Part shown: positions 47,922-58,886 of the stretch, piece by piece | Layout: each line of letters begins with the position of its first letter | Numbering within the stretch: the stretch's first letter is position 1 | Origin: an uncultured Candidatus Saccharibacteria bacterium | GTDB lineage: Bacteria; Patescibacteriota; CPR2; UBA1875; CAIMLA01 | Length of the DNA: 64,000 nucleotides | Assembly (NCBI GenBank): GCA_964594415.1 | Contig: CAZQLQ010000004.1 | Span: 19,162-83,161 of the forward strand | Direction of reading: 5' to 3' | Program-made: the position numbers and the translations under genes | Notes under the pieces: model-generated | Told to the model about the DNA's origin: nothing | The model's input: the letters and a program-made list of their open reading frames with translations, nothing else | Database searches by the model: none

Positions 47922-48833
47922 TTAATTAGTAAGCAATAAAGACTCTAAAGCAAGCTTTAGATTTACGCTTCCTTTTAGGCAGTCTTTTGCTAGCACTATA
48001 TTATCCATTATTTTAATATCTTTAAGAATATTATTATTATCGAAATTTACTGAATTTTCAAGAATATTTTTTCTAATTTTTAGCTCCAATAGCGAGAGGA
48101 TCTCTTCAGTTTTTTCTTTATCTTTGGATAGTTTTTCGGCAAAGATAAATTTTTCATTAATATCATTTGAATATATTGCCCTTAGTGTCTCCTCGCTAAG
48201 CTCTTTACACGTTGTATATTCAGTAAAATTCTTAGCCATACTAATCGCTTTACCGATTTTCCCCACAGAAATCTCCACTATCTCCTCAATCTCTACTGGC
48301 GACAACGAATAATTATTTGCCATGAATTCTCTTATATCTTTTTTATCAACTAAACTAAAGTTCATTATTTGCGTCCTTGAAACTATTGTCGGAAGTAGGT
48401 TCTTTTTATTTTTTGCTGTCAAAATAATTTTAGTCGTCTTTGTCGGCTCCTCAAGAGTCTTAAGAAAAGAGTTTATGCTTTGCGTTGTAGCCCTTTCAAT
48501 ATTTGCTATTACTACAACCTTATACTTTGAATTATATGGAGATAGATCCAAAGAACTAATAATACCCCTCATTTCATCAACCCCAATTGGTTCATTGGAA
48601 TCAGAAAAAATAAAATCAGGGTTGTTTTGGGAATTAAAAGACTTACAATTTTGGCACTTATTGCAAGGCTCAAGCTGTTCAGCTTCACACAAAAGAAGCT
48701 TTGCAAATTCAATTGCGAAAGTAGTTTTGCCAACCTCGCTCGGCCCACAAAAAAGATAAGCATGTGATAAATTATCAGATTGCTTTATTCTTCCAAACTG
48801 TTCTTTGATTTTTTTATTTCCGACTAAATTCAT
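47922..48833 (-). CDS. holB: DNA polymerase III delta-prime subunit
   Basis: HAYLF.GP..VGK, PC.KC.NC, LKTLEEP, LLPTIVSR. Confidence 0.92.
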   Translation of the reverse strand: MNLVGNKKIKEQFGRIKQSDNLSHAYLFCGPSEVGKTTFAIEFAKLLLCEAEQLEPCNKCQNCKSFNSQNNPDFIFSDSNEPIGVDEMRGIISSLDLSPYNSKYKVVVIANIERATTQSINSFLKTLEEPTKTTKIILTAKNKKNLLPTIVSRTQIMNFSLVDKKDIREFMANNYSLSPVEIEEIVEISVGKIGKAISMAKNFTEYTTCKELSEETLRAIYSNDINEKFIFAEKLSKDKEKTEEILSLLELKIRKNILENSVNFDNNNILKDIKIMDNIVLAKDCLKGSVNLKLALESLLLTN

Positions 48834-48892
48834 CTTCTGGATGCTATTATACACCAGTAATCAATGACATAATAGCCTCGAAGGCCTTAGAA

Positions 48893-49783
48893 TTACAAAG
48901 ATTTTATCTTATTAATAGCTTCCATGAGCTCTTCTGGCAATTCTGCCCTAAAGCTCATAATCCTCCCGGTCCTTGGGTGGGTGAACTCAAGACGTTCCGA
49001 ATGCAGGAATATCCTGTCGACAAAATCACTATTCTTTCCGTATTTAAGATCCCCTACTACAGGATAGCCGATAGATGATAAATGAACCCTGATCTGATGA
49101 GTTCTGCCAGTGAAAATCTTAGCCTCAACATAGGAATAGCCATCTATGTAATTTATTACCCTATATTCTGTCCTTGCAGACTTGCCAGACAGACTAGCAG
49201 TCATTTTGTTTCTATTCCTTAAGTTTCTAGAGATCGGGATGTCGATAACTCCCGACGCTGGCTCTATTTTTCCTTCAACAAGAGCTATATACTGTTTCCC
49301 TACCTGCCTTGTTTTAAATTGTTTTTGCAAGTTCTCTCTCGCACCTGAAGTTTTTGCAAGGACAACAACTCCTGACGTTCCTTTGTCCAGCCGATGAACC
49401 ACCCCCGGGCGATCAAGTCCCTTAGGATCATCTATTTTATCTGAGAACATCTCCGTAAGAGTAATGTCCTTATCTCCTGTAGAAGGATGAACACTGATTC
49501 CAGACGGCTTGTTTACTACCAAAACTTCCTCGTCTTCGTAGATAACCGGCACTTTTGGAATTTTTTTGTTTTCATTCGGAAAAATCAAAGAAACTTTGTC
49601 TCCAACTCCAACAATATATTTTGAATTAGCCTTCTTTCTATTGACAAGTAAAAGCTCGTCAGAAATCAGCTTCTGAGCCTTACTTCTTGTAATTCCAAAT
49701 TCATTGGCACAAAAAATATCAAGCCTTGTGCCAATGTGACTCTTAGCAACAGTTCTAAATTCTTTCGATTCCCTTTTACTCAA
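48893..49783 (-). CDS. RluA/RluD-family pseudouridine synthase
   Basis: S4 domain, NKP.G..VHP, VHRLDKGTSG, TGRTHQIRVH. Confidence 0.95.
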   Translation of the reverse strand: MSKRESKEFRTVAKSHIGTRLDIFCANEFGITRSKAQKLISDELLLVNRKKANSKYIVGVGDKVSLIFPNENKKIPKVPVIYEDEEVLVVNKPSGISVHPSTGDKDITLTEMFSDKIDDPKGLDRPGVVHRLDKGTSGVVVLAKTSGARENLQKQFKTRQVGKQYIALVEGKIEPASGVIDIPISRNLRNRNKMTASLSGKSARTEYRVINYIDGYSYVEAKIFTGRTHQIRVHLSSIGYPVVGDLKYGKNSDFVDRIFLHSERLEFTHPRTGRIMSFRAELPEELMEAINKIKSL

Positions 49784-50778
49784 TCAACCCCAACCAGATC
49801 AGCAACTTTTTGTAGTTGCTTTTTATTGCCCATCACTATTAATCTGTCTCCCCTATTTATCATTTCCTTACCGTTTGGATTTATTTTCGACGTATTATTA
49901 GCCCTATTAATCGCAAGTATTGTTGCTCCGGTCTTATCTTTAGATATAGACTCTGCAATGGTTTTCCCTACGATAAAAGATAATCGAGGAACTTCTATCT
50001 CCTCAACCTCAAGTTCGTCATGCCTGCTGTCAATAATAACATCCAGAAAATCCAAGACACCTGGACGAAGCGCCATTGTGGCCATATGGTAACCTCCTAT
50101 TTGGTAAGGAATAGCAACCCTGTTTGCTCCAGCTTTTTCAAATTTTGGTATATTTTCTTCATCATTGGCTCTTGCAACAATATATACATCTGGATTAAGA
50201 AATCTCGCGGAAAGAGTAACAAATAAATTATCAGTATCCTCTCCAAGACATGCGATTAAAACCTTTGCATTTTTAACGTTTGCCTGGACCAAAGTCTCTT
50301 CCAGAGTCGGATCTCCGCATATAACAAGATAATTATTCGAAACCGCCTTAGAAGCCTCTCTATGATCCTTATCGATTACGACAAATTTTGTTTTGCTATG
50401 AAAAAGCTCTTCGGCAACTTGTTTTCCGACCCTTCCATATCCGCATACTATATAGTGATCTTGCAGTTTGCTTACTACTTTCATTGTTTTATGCCTCCTT
50501 CTGCTTTCTTTAAACTCCCCTCCTAGAAAATATTCAATTGCTAATTTGACAAAATAACCTAGTAAAGCATAACTTCCAACGACGATTAGCAATATAAGCA
50601 ACTGCTCGCCAACCGGTTCGTTGATACCATGTTTAAAATGGCTAAGAAAAACTATTAGTGTTGTGAAAAAAGCGGTCCATAAGCTTTTTTCACCCAACAA
50701 TATAAAACAAAGCGTTCCAAACAACAAAAACGCGACCAAAACGCCTATTAGCTTTGCCAGTGATTTTTCGTTATCCAT
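49780..50778 (-). CDS. 2-TM channel with RCK (TrkA-N/TrkA-C) domains and atypical pore filter
   Basis: TM-pore helix-TM, then DHYIVCGYGRVG and TrkA-C; start moved to MDNEK. Confidence 0.88.
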   Translation of the reverse strand: MDNEKSLAKLIGVLVAFLLFGTLCFILLGEKSLWTAFFTTLIVFLSHFKHGINEPVGEQLLILLIVVGSYALLGYFVKLAIEYFLGGEFKESRRRHKTMKVVSKLQDHYIVCGYGRVGKQVAEELFHSKTKFVVIDKDHREASKAVSNNYLVICGDPTLEETLVQANVKNAKVLIACLGEDTDNLFVTLSARFLNPDVYIVARANDEENIPKFEKAGANRVAIPYQIGGYHMATMALRPGVLDFLDVIIDSRHDELEVEEIEVPRLSFIVGKTIAESISKDKTGATILAINRANNTSKINPNGKEMINRGDRLIVMGNKKQLQKVADLVGVD

Positions 50779-50828
50779 TTTCTTATCTAATTTTATCAAA
50801 AAGAAAATAAAAAGTATAACAAGAATAT

Positions 50829-50859
50829 AAAAAAAGCTGCCCAAAGGGCAGCTTTTTTT
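50829..50859 (-). terminator. terminator after rpsI
   Basis: AAAAAAAGCTGCCC-N3-GGGCAGCTTTTTTT. Confidence 0.9.
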
Positions 50860-51262
50860 AACGTTTTGAAAATTGAGGAGCTTTTCTTGCTCTCTTAAGA
50901 CCGGGCTTCTTTCGTTCTTTTTCTCTAGGATCCCTAGTCAAAAATCCAGCTTTTTTAAGTACCGTCTTATATCCTTCGTCGTATTCTATCAGAGCTCTAG
51001 CGATACCAAGGCTTACTGCTTCCGCCTGTCCTGTTACTCCACCCCCCTTGACAACTACAGTTACATAGGTCTTATCGATATTTCCTGTACTAGCAAGCGG
51101 TGCAAGTGCTGCCCGAACCACATTCTCATTCCCAAAGTAGTCATTTAGTTTTTTTTCATTTACAATAGAGGCCGAATTACCAACGTACAAACGTACTTGA
51201 GCTGTTGCCTCCTTTCTTCTGCCTAAGCCATAAAAATATTTTTCTTTCTTAATCTCTGCCAT
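50858..51262 (-). CDS. rpsI: 30S ribosomal protein S9
   Basis: GRRK, GGG..GQA, ERKKPG, QFSKR. Confidence 0.98.
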   Translation of the reverse strand: MAEIKKEKYFYGLGRRKEATAQVRLYVGNSASIVNEKKLNDYFGNENVVRAALAPLASTGNIDKTYVTVVVKGGGVTGQAEAVSLGIARALIEYDEGYKTVLKKAGFLTRDPREKERKKPGLKRARKAPQFSKR

Positions 51263-51270
51263 ATAACTCC

Positions 51271-51705
51271 TTAAGCTTGAATTGTGATCTTCTCAGGTTT
51301 TTGAGCTACGTGATCATGTTCTGAACCTGGAAAAAGTTTTAGCTTTTTAATAATTTCGTCCGCTAATCTGTTTTTTGGTAGCATTCCCTTAACTGCAAAT
51401 CTAATTACGCTATTGGCGTCTCTTTCTAAAAGCTGAGACAGTGTAAGCTTTCTCATACCACCTGGGTAACCGCTGTAATTATAATATGCTTTTTCATCTA
51501 GCTTACTTCCAGTCACTCTTATTTTTGCAGTATTTATCACAATTACATAATCACCACAGTCTACTGAAGGCGAAAAACTAGGCTTGTTTTTTCCCCTTAA
51601 AAGATCTGCAATAGCAGTAGACAATCTTCCGAGTGTCAACCCATCCGCATCAATCAAGTACCATTTTCTAGTAATTTCTTTGGGTTTTGTTACGTATGTC
51701 TTCAT
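51271..51705 (-). CDS. rplM: 50S ribosomal protein L13
   Basis: WYLIDA, LGRL, GYPGG, GMLPKN. Confidence 0.98.
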   Translation of the reverse strand: MKTYVTKPKEITRKWYLIDADGLTLGRLSTAIADLLRGKNKPSFSPSVDCGDYVIVINTAKIRVTGSKLDEKAYYNYSGYPGGMRKLTLSQLLERDANSVIRFAVKGMLPKNRLADEIIKKLKLFPGSEHDHVAQKPEKITIQA

Positions 51706-52181
51706 TATTTACCCGCCTTTGCAACATTTTTTTTCTTTGGTTCAGACTTAATCTTGTTTTCGGCTTTTTCTTCTTTTTTTACTATAGGTTTTTTAGCGTC
51801 AACGACTGATTTCTCTAATTTATCAAGATCTACAAGCTCAATCATAGCAACCGGTGCATTATCTCCAGGCCTATTTCCAAGCTTTATTATTCTTGTATAT
51901 CCACCGTTTCTTTTTTCATACAAAGGTGCAATTTCCTTTATCAGCTTATCAACCGTATTGGGAGTATAAAGATACGATTCCAAGGCCCTCTTTGAAGCTA
52001 AATCTTGTTTTTTCGCCAAGGTTATCAATTTTTCAACTATAGGCTGTATTTCTTTAGCCTTGACCAAAGTGGTCTTTACTCTTTCATAAAGAATTACAGA
52101 AGCAGCTAGATTCCTAAGAAGAGCCTTTCTCGGCCCTCTTTTTCTGGACAATTTTCTACCGGTGTACTGATGTCTGTGCAT
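51705..52181 (-). CDS. rplQ: 50S ribosomal protein L17 with K-rich tail
   Basis: TT..KAKE, RNGGYTRI, R.GDNA. Confidence 0.97.
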   Translation of the reverse strand: MHRHQYTGRKLSRKRGPRKALLRNLAASVILYERVKTTLVKAKEIQPIVEKLITLAKKQDLASKRALESYLYTPNTVDKLIKEIAPLYEKRNGGYTRIIKLGNRPGDNAPVAMIELVDLDKLEKSVVDAKKPIVKKEEKAENKIKSEPKKKNVAKAGK

Positions 52182-52189
52182 ATTAACCC

Positions 52190-53119
52190 CTAAGCCTCTC
52201 TATTAAAGCCAATTTCGGCTATTTTTTCTTCTACTTCATCGTACGCTTTGCTTCCAAATCCCTTAAGAGTCTTTAGCTCATTATTTGTAAGATTAAGAAT
52301 ATCAGAAACAGTTTTAATATTATTATTTAGAAGCGCATTTGTTGTTCTCGGAGAAAGATTGATTTCTTCAATCAATATATCATTTCCCACTTCAGTTTCT
52401 TGAATTTCTACTTTTTCTTCCGTAGGGCAATCAATTTCTTTGCCGGTAAGAACCATAAAATGATCAACTAGAATCTCGGAAGCCTGTCTAATAGCCTCCT
52501 CGGGGGCAATTACACCATTCGTCTCTACTTCCACGAGTAGCTTATCAAGATCTGTCATTTGCCCAACACGAGTACTTTCAACTTCGTATCTAATTCTTCT
52601 TATAGGGCTAAAAAGTGCGTCAATAGCGATTACCCCTATCCCAAGCTTTTCTCCCTCACGCTTCTCTACGGGAACATAACCTCTGCCTTGTTCAACAATC
52701 AATTTCATTGAGAGTCTTGAATTCTTGTTATCAAGAGTAGCAATAACCTGCTCTGGATTGATTATTTCAACATTTGGATTCATTGCAAAATCAGCAGCTG
52801 TGACTACTTTTTCTCCAGACACTTCAAGAATCAGGATCTCCTCTTCTTGTGAAAGAGATTTCACGCAAAGCTTCTTAAGATTCAAAATGATTTCAACAAC
52901 ATCTTCTTTAACATCCTTAAGCGTTGAGAATTCGTGACTGACACCATCTATTTTTACAGATGTAACTGCCGATCCCGGAAGCGAAGAAAGAGCGACCCTT
53001 CTTAGGGAGTTACCGAGTGTCATTCCGTATCCTGGGAACAAAGGCTCTATAGCAAAAAGTGCTGTATTTTTTTCAGCTTTTACCGTTTTGATTTCTGGGA
53101 GGTGAATTTTATGTAACAT
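52190..53119 (-). CDS. rpoA: RNA polymerase alpha subunit
   Basis: EPL..GYG.TLGNSLRR, HEFS, GRGYV, alpha-CTD. Confidence 0.98.
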   Translation of the reverse strand: MLHKIHLPEIKTVKAEKNTALFAIEPLFPGYGMTLGNSLRRVALSSLPGSAVTSVKIDGVSHEFSTLKDVKEDVVEIILNLKKLCVKSLSQEEEILILEVSGEKVVTAADFAMNPNVEIINPEQVIATLDNKNSRLSMKLIVEQGRGYVPVEKREGEKLGIGVIAIDALFSPIRRIRYEVESTRVGQMTDLDKLLVEVETNGVIAPEEAIRQASEILVDHFMVLTGKEIDCPTEEKVEIQETEVGNDILIEEINLSPRTTNALLNNNIKTVSDILNLTNNELKTLKGFGSKAYDEVEEKIAEIGFNREA

Positions 53120-53142
53120 TTTTTCTCCTTGAGGTTTAAAAA

Positions 53143-53778
53143 TTACTTCGAGTAAAGCTCGACTATTAAGCGTTCGTCGATCTCAAGATCAAGTTCTTCG
53201 CGAGTTGGAATACTAATAAGCTCACCCGAAAGCTTCTTTGGATCCAACCTCAGCCAACCTGGAACTTTTGCTCCAGCCAAACGACTTTTTAAATTCTCAT
53301 TAAAATAATTATTTGATAGGCTCTCTTTAATAACCTCTACCTTATCACCGACTTTTAACTGGTATGAAGGAATATTAACTTTCTTGCCATTCACTGTGAA
53401 GTGATCGTGATTAACAAGTTGCCTAGCTAATGCCCTAGAGCTAGCGTATCCTAGACGGTAAATCACATTATCTAGTCTTGTTTCTAAGTACTGCAATAAT
53501 ATTTCCCCGGTAATTCCTTCCTTGCTATCGGCCTTTTCGAAGTAATTCCGGAATTGTTTTTCCAAAACTCCATAAATACGCTTTACCTTTTGCTTTTCAC
53601 GTAATTGGAGCGAATAATCACTCGACTTCCCACGTCTTCTTGTAATCCCATGCTGCCCAGGAGCATAATTGCTCTTTATAAGTGCACACTTTGCGCCCTG
53701 ACATCTTTCTCCCTTAAGGAATAACTTGATACCTTCTCGTCTGCATTGTCTGCATGATGGTCCTAAAATTCTTGCCAT
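53143..53778 (-). CDS. rpsD: 30S ribosomal protein S4
   Basis: CRREG.KL.LKG, PGQHG, LETRLDN, VELYSK. Confidence 0.98.
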   Translation of the reverse strand: MARILGPSCRQCRREGIKLFLKGERCQGAKCALIKSNYAPGQHGITRRRGKSSDYSLQLREKQKVKRIYGVLEKQFRNYFEKADSKEGITGEILLQYLETRLDNVIYRLGYASSRALARQLVNHDHFTVNGKKVNIPSYQLKVGDKVEVIKESLSNNYFNENLKSRLAGAKVPGWLRLDPKKLSGELISIPTREELDLEIDERLIVELYSK

Positions 53779-53801
53779 TTTTCTCCTAAATAAAAGGTTA
53801 A

Positions 53802-54185
53802 TTAATTCCTACGAGGCTTCGGTGGACGACAGCCATTATGTGGAATTGGTGTTACGTCTTTGATTGAACTCACATGTATACCCGAATTATTAAAAGTCCG
53901 GATAGCCGAATCTCTTCCAGAGCCGATACCCTTAACAAAGATATCAACCTTCTCAAGCCCGTAAGGCTTTGCCTTTTCTATAGCTATCTCCGTTGCAACT
54001 TGTGCAGCATACGGCGTAGATTTTCTTGAGCCTTTAAAACCGCTTGCTCCACTTGTAGCCCATGCTATAACTCCACCTTCAGTATCAGTAATTGTAATAA
54101 CCGTGTTGTTGAAAGTTGAAAGAATATGTGCCTGGCCGTAATTAATAACTTTCTTTATTTTTTTCTTTTTAATAACTTTTGCCAT
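53802..54185 (-). CDS. rpsK: 30S ribosomal protein S11
   Basis: [25 protein letters not shown]. Confidence 0.98.
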   Translation of the reverse strand: MAKVIKKKKIKKVINYGQAHILSTFNNTVITITDTEGGVIAWATSGASGFKGSRKSTPYAAQVATEIAIEKAKPYGLEKVDIFVKGIGSGRDSAIRTFNNSGIHVSSIKDVTPIPHNGCRPPKPRRN

Positions 54186-54236
54186 TTTTACTCGCAATAA
54201 TTAAATTAATATCTAAAAACATCGTCAAAAAATATT

Positions 54237-54623
54237 CTATGTCTTTGCAGTAGGTTTCTTCTTTCCACTGCCAACTGTAACCCTTTTGCCTCTTTTTGTT
54301 CTGGAGTTAGTTTTTGTTCTCTGTCCCCTAACTGGCAGGCCCGACTTATGTCTAGCTCCACGGTAAGATCCTACCTCTTTGAGACGCACTATATTTTGCG
54401 AAACCTCTCGTCGAAGATCACCCTCTACCTTGAAGTTTTTCTCAATGATTTCACGAATTCTCGTTATCTCGCTTTCACTAAGATCCTTTACCCTAACATT
54501 TGGGTCTATATTGGCCTGTTTCAATATCTTTTCATTCCTAGTTGGACCAATACCATAAATATATGTAAGCGCAACACCTACCCTTTTATCTGTTGGAACA
54601 TTTACTCCTGCAATTCTAGCCAA
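54237..54623 (-). CDS. rpsM: 30S ribosomal protein S13
   Basis: [19 protein letters not shown]; TTG start after SD AAGGAG. Confidence 0.98.
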   Translation of the reverse strand: MARIAGVNVPTDKRVGVALTYIYGIGPTRNEKILKQANIDPNVRVKDLSESEITRIREIIEKNFKVEGDLRREVSQNIVRLKEVGSYRGARHKSGLPVRGQRTKTNSRTKRGKRVTVGSGKKKPTAKT

Positions 54624-54634
54624 TTTAAACTCCT

Positions 54635-54751
54635 TTAGTTGCCTTGTCTTTGTTTATGTTTAGGATTTTCACAAATAACGCGAACAATCCCTTCACGGCG
54701 GATTAATTTACATTTACTACAGATTTTCTTTACTGATGGTCTAACTTTCAT
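54635..54751 (-). CDS. rpmJ: 50S ribosomal protein L36
   Basis: [38 protein letters not shown]; absent from ORF track. Confidence 0.97.
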   Translation of the reverse strand: MKVRPSVKKICSKCKLIRREGIVRVICENPKHKQRQGN

Positions 54752-54983
54752 TGTTTCTTATTTCCTTATGTCTATAAGTTATTCTTCCCTTAGTAAGATC
54801 ATATGGCGTCATTTCAACAGTTACCTTGTCACCAGGAAGAATCTTGATATAATGCATCCTCATTTTACCTGAAATATGGGCCAAAATAACATGTCCGTTC
54901 TCTAGCTCTACTTTAAACATTGCGTTTGGGAGCGTTTCGAGGACGGTTCCTTCTATTTCAATTACTTCCTTTGTATTACTCAT
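54741..54983 (-). CDS. infA: translation initiation factor IF-1
   Basis: LPNAMF.VELENG, ISGKMR, PYDL.KGRI. Confidence 0.97.
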   Translation of the reverse strand: MSNTKEVIEIEGTVLETLPNAMFKVELENGHVILAHISGKMRMHYIKILPGDKVTVEMTPYDLTKGRITYRHKEIRNNES

Positions 54984-55019
54984 TCTCTGTTCTTCTCTTG
55001 CCATTTCTAGCAAGTATTA

Positions 55020-55048
55020 ATTATACACATTAACGATGGTTTTGGCAA
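55020..55048 (-). promoter_or_regulatory. promoter of infA-alpha operon
   Basis: TTGCCA-17-TATAAT with extended TG; leader hairpin CTTGCTA-GAAA-TGGCAAG. Confidence 0.75.
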
Positions 55049-55059
55049 GTATTTTCTGA

Positions 55060-56370
55060 CTAAAAATCCTCGTAGCTTCTTACAATCATCTGGGCTTCTA
55101 TCTGATTCTTAATTTCAACTGCAACCCCCACTACTATCAATAATCCTGTTCCCCCGATAAGAAGGTTTGTTCCCGGAGAATATATTGCCATTATTGAAGG
55201 CATTGCCGCAATAAGACTTAGAAAGATAGCGCCCCAAAGAGTAACCCTATTTATAAGGTATCTAAGATAATTTTCTGTCTGTGTTCCCGGTCTGAAACCA
55301 GGAATGAATCCCCCTTGTTTTTGTATATTTTCCGAAACCTCTTTAGGCTTGAAATAAAGATAAGTCGAAAAGAAAGTAAACGCAAAAACAAGTAATAACA
55401 GCAAGATGGCGTAAGGCCAAGTATTTTGTGAAAATGTAGTCTGAATGTACTTTGCCGTTTTCGCAACCCAATCAGTTTTCGCCGAACCTAGAAAGCCAAT
55501 CATCGACGGTATGTTCATAAAAGCACCTGCAAAGATTATTGGGATCACTCCTGACATATTTAACTTCATAGGAAGAAAAGTATCAATCCCCCCATAAAGC
55601 TTAGCTCCTCTAACCTTTTTTGCGTAAGATATAGGGATTTTTCTCTGAGCTTCGACCACAACGACTATTGCAGCTGTAACTAAAATTGCTAAGATCGTGA
55701 AGCCGATCAATCTAACGAATTCATTAGTATCAAATCCCCCACCAAAAGTGTTTTGAATAGATTGCCCAACTATTTGTGGTCCTCTAGATACGATTCCTGC
55801 AAAAATAATTATACTCACACCGTTCCCAATACCTTTTTCCGTGATTAACTCACCAAGCCACATAAGAAGAACAGTGCCTGCCGTGATGGTAAGCAGCATC
55901 AAAAACCATTGTCCAACTGATAAGTTGTTAAGAAGTGCGGATCCGGAAGACGAGTAGCTTGACTGGAGAAAGCGTATCATCGCAAACCCCTCAATAAATG
56001 CGACTGGAACAGATAGCAATCTAGAATATTGATTTAGTTTGTGACGGCCCTGCTCTCCTTCTTTTGAAAGCGCTTCAAGTTTCGGGATAACAGTTGTTAA
56101 GAGCTGAATCATAATAGAAGCGGTAATATAAGGACCGACTCCCATCATTGCTATAGAGAAACGGCTAATACCTCCTCCGGAGAAAACATCCATAAAGTTA
56201 AGGACTGCATTATTTTGAAAAACACTTCCTAAAAATTCTTTTACAGCATCCGGGCTTGGCCCTGGAATCGGAATATGAGCAATAATTCTGTAAATAAGCA
56301 GTATAAACAAGATAAAAATAATTTTATTTCTCAGTTCCTTATTTACAAGTATTCTCTTCAAATATTCCAA
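55060..56370 (-). CDS. secY: preprotein translocase SecY
   Basis: IPIPG, PYITASI, GIGNGVS, GVIPIIFA, IPG.RPG, GGT.LLIVV. Confidence 0.98.
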   Translation of the reverse strand: MEYLKRILVNKELRNKIIFILFILLIYRIIAHIPIPGPSPDAVKEFLGSVFQNNAVLNFMDVFSGGGISRFSIAMMGVGPYITASIMIQLLTTVIPKLEALSKEGEQGRHKLNQYSRLLSVPVAFIEGFAMIRFLQSSYSSSGSALLNNLSVGQWFLMLLTITAGTVLLMWLGELITEKGIGNGVSIIIFAGIVSRGPQIVGQSIQNTFGGGFDTNEFVRLIGFTILAILVTAAIVVVVEAQRKIPISYAKKVRGAKLYGGIDTFLPMKLNMSGVIPIIFAGAFMNIPSMIGFLGSAKTDWVAKTAKYIQTTFSQNTWPYAILLLLLVFAFTFFSTYLYFKPKEVSENIQKQGGFIPGFRPGTQTENYLRYLINRVTLWGAIFLSLIAAMPSIMAIYSPGTNLLIGGTGLLIVVGVAVEIKNQIEAQMIVRSYEDF

Positions 56371-56373
56371 GGT

Positions 56374-56811
56374 TTATTCCTCCGGCTGATTTTTTTTCTC
56401 AGCTTTCTTTATTTGCTTCTTTGCCCCTTCACTCATAAATTCAAGATCAAAAACATGCGAACCAGTATAATTCTTTCCCGCAACTACCTTGTAGGCTGTC
56501 TTATTGTTTTCAATTAATCCTTCTTTTACAAGAAAATCTACATTTATCTTCGAGTCATTTTTAAACTTATTGAAAAAATCCATTGGTATTGTTACGGCTT
56601 TTGGAGTTCTAGATTTAAAGCCTCTAAGTTTAGGGAGTCGTCTTGCTAACGGAAGCTGACCGCCTTCAAAACCGGGACGGATATTGCCGCCAGTTCTGGC
56701 TTTTTGTCCTTTTGTCCCTCTTCCAGCAGTCTTCCCTTTTTTGCTTCCAATTCCTCTTCCGACTCTTTTTTTATCTTCTGTTACTCTACCAAACAAATAT
56801 TCTAACTTCAT
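56374..56811 (-). CDS. rplO: 50S ribosomal protein L15
   Basis: [21 protein letters not shown]. Confidence 0.97.
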   Translation of the reverse strand: MKLEYLFGRVTEDKKRVGRGIGSKKGKTAGRGTKGQKARTGGNIRPGFEGGQLPLARRLPKLRGFKSRTPKAVTIPMDFFNKFKNDSKINVDFLVKEGLIENNKTAYKVVAGKNYTGSHVFDLEFMSEGAKKQIKKAEKKNQPEE

Positions 56812-57392
56812 TATTTATCCCCCTTTTTATTCTTCTCTTGAACTGGGGTTTCTAATTTAACCTTCTTGTTATCTTGAGTCTCTTGAACGACCTTCACCTT
56901 AAACTCTTTTAGACTCTTTAGTGCTTCTATCGTAGCAAGTGCGTTATTGATCTTCGAATTAGAGCCAATCATCTTTGATAGAATATCCTGAACCCCAACT
57001 GCCTCAAGAACGCTTCTTACCGCACCTCCAGCAATTACACCAGTACCTTTGCTTGCCGGTTTCAAGAAAACGTAAGCCCCTGTCTGCCTCGCCGTTACTT
57101 CATGTGCAATTGTAGTCCCGTTAAGTTTCACTTCTATCATATTTTTTCTGGCTTTAGCTGATGCTTTACTTACAGCTGTAGCGACTTCGTTACCTTTTGC
57201 TACGCCGACACCCACCTTACCGTTCCGATTGCCAACAACAACAGTAGCTCTAAAACGCATTCTTCGTCCGCCTTTTACCACACGAGTAACTCTATCAACC
57301 TGAATGACTTTTTCTTCGACCTCTTCCTGCATTGGCAAGACTAAATCGATCGTTTTTACTTCTACTTTTCCCTGTATCTTCTCCATCATCAT
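56811..57392 (-). CDS. rpsE: 30S ribosomal protein S5
   Basis: [17 protein letters not shown]. Confidence 0.97.
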   Translation of the reverse strand: MMMEKIQGKVEVKTIDLVLPMQEEVEEKVIQVDRVTRVVKGGRRMRFRATVVVGNRNGKVGVGVAKGNEVATAVSKASAKARKNMIEVKLNGTTIAHEVTARQTGAYVFLKPASKGTGVIAGGAVRSVLEAVGVQDILSKMIGSNSKINNALATIEALKSLKEFKVKVVQETQDNKKVKLETPVQEKNKKGDK

Positions 57393-57395
57393 CTC

Positions 57396-57746
57396 CTAGA
57401 AATTTAATCCTTTTTCTCGAGCCGCTTCTGCCAGTGCTTTTACGCGACCGTGATAAAGCTTTCCGCCTCGGTCAAATACAACACTCTTTACGTTTTTTTT
57501 CAAAGCCTTTTCAGCAATAAGCTCGCCGATTTTTGCCGAGATTTCAGTTTTTGTTGCCTTGTCTTTTGACTTAATCGTTTCATCGGTTGCATAAGCAAGA
57601 GTTTTTCCATTTACGTCATCAATAATCTGAGCTGTAATATGCCTGTTACTAACAAAAACTGCTAGTCTAGGACATTCAGGCGTACCACTTATTTTGGAAC
57701 GAATCCTCTTTTTTCTTCTATCTTTTTTTATAAATCTTTCTAACAT
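57396..57746 (-). CDS. rplR: 50S ribosomal protein L18
   Basis: PRL.VF.SN, VFDRGG..YHGRV. Confidence 0.97.
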   Translation of the reverse strand: MLERFIKKDRRKKRIRSKISGTPECPRLAVFVSNRHITAQIIDDVNGKTLAYATDETIKSKDKATKTEISAKIGELIAEKALKKNVKSVVFDRGGKLYHGRVKALAEAAREKGLNF

Positions 57747-57757
57747 GCTAGCTCCTA

Positions 57758-58294
57758 CTACTTAGTTCCTGTTTTACCAGCTTTACGACGAATTCGCTCA
57801 GTAACGTATTTTATACCTTTACCTTTGTATGGCTCGGGCTTCCTGAAAGAACGTATATCGGCCGCCACTTGACCAACCAATTGCTTATCCACTCCCGAAA
57901 TGATAATTATATTTTTTTCTACCGCAATCTGGATTCCCTTTGGAGCCTTATATTCAATCGGGTGAGAGTAGCCTAAAGTAAGATTGAGATTTCCTCCGGA
58001 TACTGCCGCCCTATAACCAATACCGTTTATTTCGAGCTCCTTTTTAAACCCTTCACTAACGCCTTTTATCATATTAAAAATCAGCATCCTTGATAAGCCA
58101 TAAAGTTCAGCGGCTTGTGAATCATCAGTATTTTTCGTCAAAATAACTTTTGATCCTTCAATATTCAAATCAATTTTGGGGCTTAAATTAAATTCAAGCT
58201 GGCCTTTCGATCCGGACACCTTTACTGTTGAATCCTCTTTTTCTAATGTAACTCCGTTTGGAATTTCAATTGGTAATTTTCCTATTCGTGACAT
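57758..58294 (-). CDS. rplF: 50S ribosomal protein L6
   Basis: [20 protein letters not shown]. Confidence 0.98.
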   Translation of the reverse strand: MSRIGKLPIEIPNGVTLEKEDSTVKVSGSKGQLEFNLSPKIDLNIEGSKVILTKNTDDSQAAELYGLSRMLIFNMIKGVSEGFKKELEINGIGYRAAVSGGNLNLTLGYSHPIEYKAPKGIQIAVEKNIIIISGVDKQLVGQVAADIRSFRKPEPYKGKGIKYVTERIRRKAGKTGTK

Positions 58295-58302
58295 ATCTTC
58301 TC

Positions 58303-58680
58303 CTACCAAACTTTACATAAAATTTCGCCGCCAAGACTTGCTCTTCTGGCTTCTTCACCGCTCATAACACCTTTTGATGTGGACATAACCAAAAGCCCAT
58401 GACCTTGAAGCACTTTTGGAATATTATCTGAACTAGTATAAACACGACGTCCTGGTTTGCTAACTCTTACTATCTTGTTCATTTCGCTACCGTTCAAAGA
58501 CACTAGTATAGCAAGACCATTCTTTTCTACTTCAAAATCACTGATATATCCTTCCTTCTTAAGGACTTTCAATATCTCTATCTTGAGTTTAGAGTTGGGA
58601 ATAGCCACGGTTTCTTTGTGAACCATTCTCGCATTCCTAATTCTAGTTAACATATCTGAAATTGGATCTGTTATCGCCAT
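58303..58680 (-). CDS. rpsH: 30S ribosomal protein S8
   Basis: [26 protein letters not shown]. Confidence 0.98.
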   Translation of the reverse strand: MAITDPISDMLTRIRNARMVHKETVAIPNSKLKIEILKVLKKEGYISDFEVEKNGLAILVSLNGSEMNKIVRVSKPGRRVYTSSDNIPKVLQGHGLLVMSTSKGVMSGEEARRASLGGEILCKVW

Positions 58681-58692
58681 TTTTCTCTCCTT

Positions 58693-58878
58693 CTACCAGC
58701 TTGACTTGATTACGCCAGGGATTTCACCCTTGTTAGCCAATTCTCTAAAACAAATACGGCACATATCAAACTTTCGTAAATAACCGTGAGATCTTCCACA
58801 AAGATTACACCTAGTTACTTTTCTCGTTGAAAACTTTGGTTTTCTTTTTGCTTTTGCTACTAATGCTTTTCTTGCCAT
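58693..58878 (-). CDS. rpsN: 30S ribosomal protein S14 (zinc-binding type)
   Basis: RC..CGR, CRICFRE, IPG..KSSW. Confidence 0.97.
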   Translation of the reverse strand: MARKALVAKAKRKPKFSTRKVTRCNLCGRSHGYLRKFDMCRICFRELANKGEIPGVIKSSW

Positions 58879-58886
58879 ATCTACCT

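Noticed and set aside
50779-50844. Extra N-terminal TM on the channel ORF
   Set aside because: The TTG start lies inside the rpsI terminator and the hydrophobicity comes from a T-rich spacer
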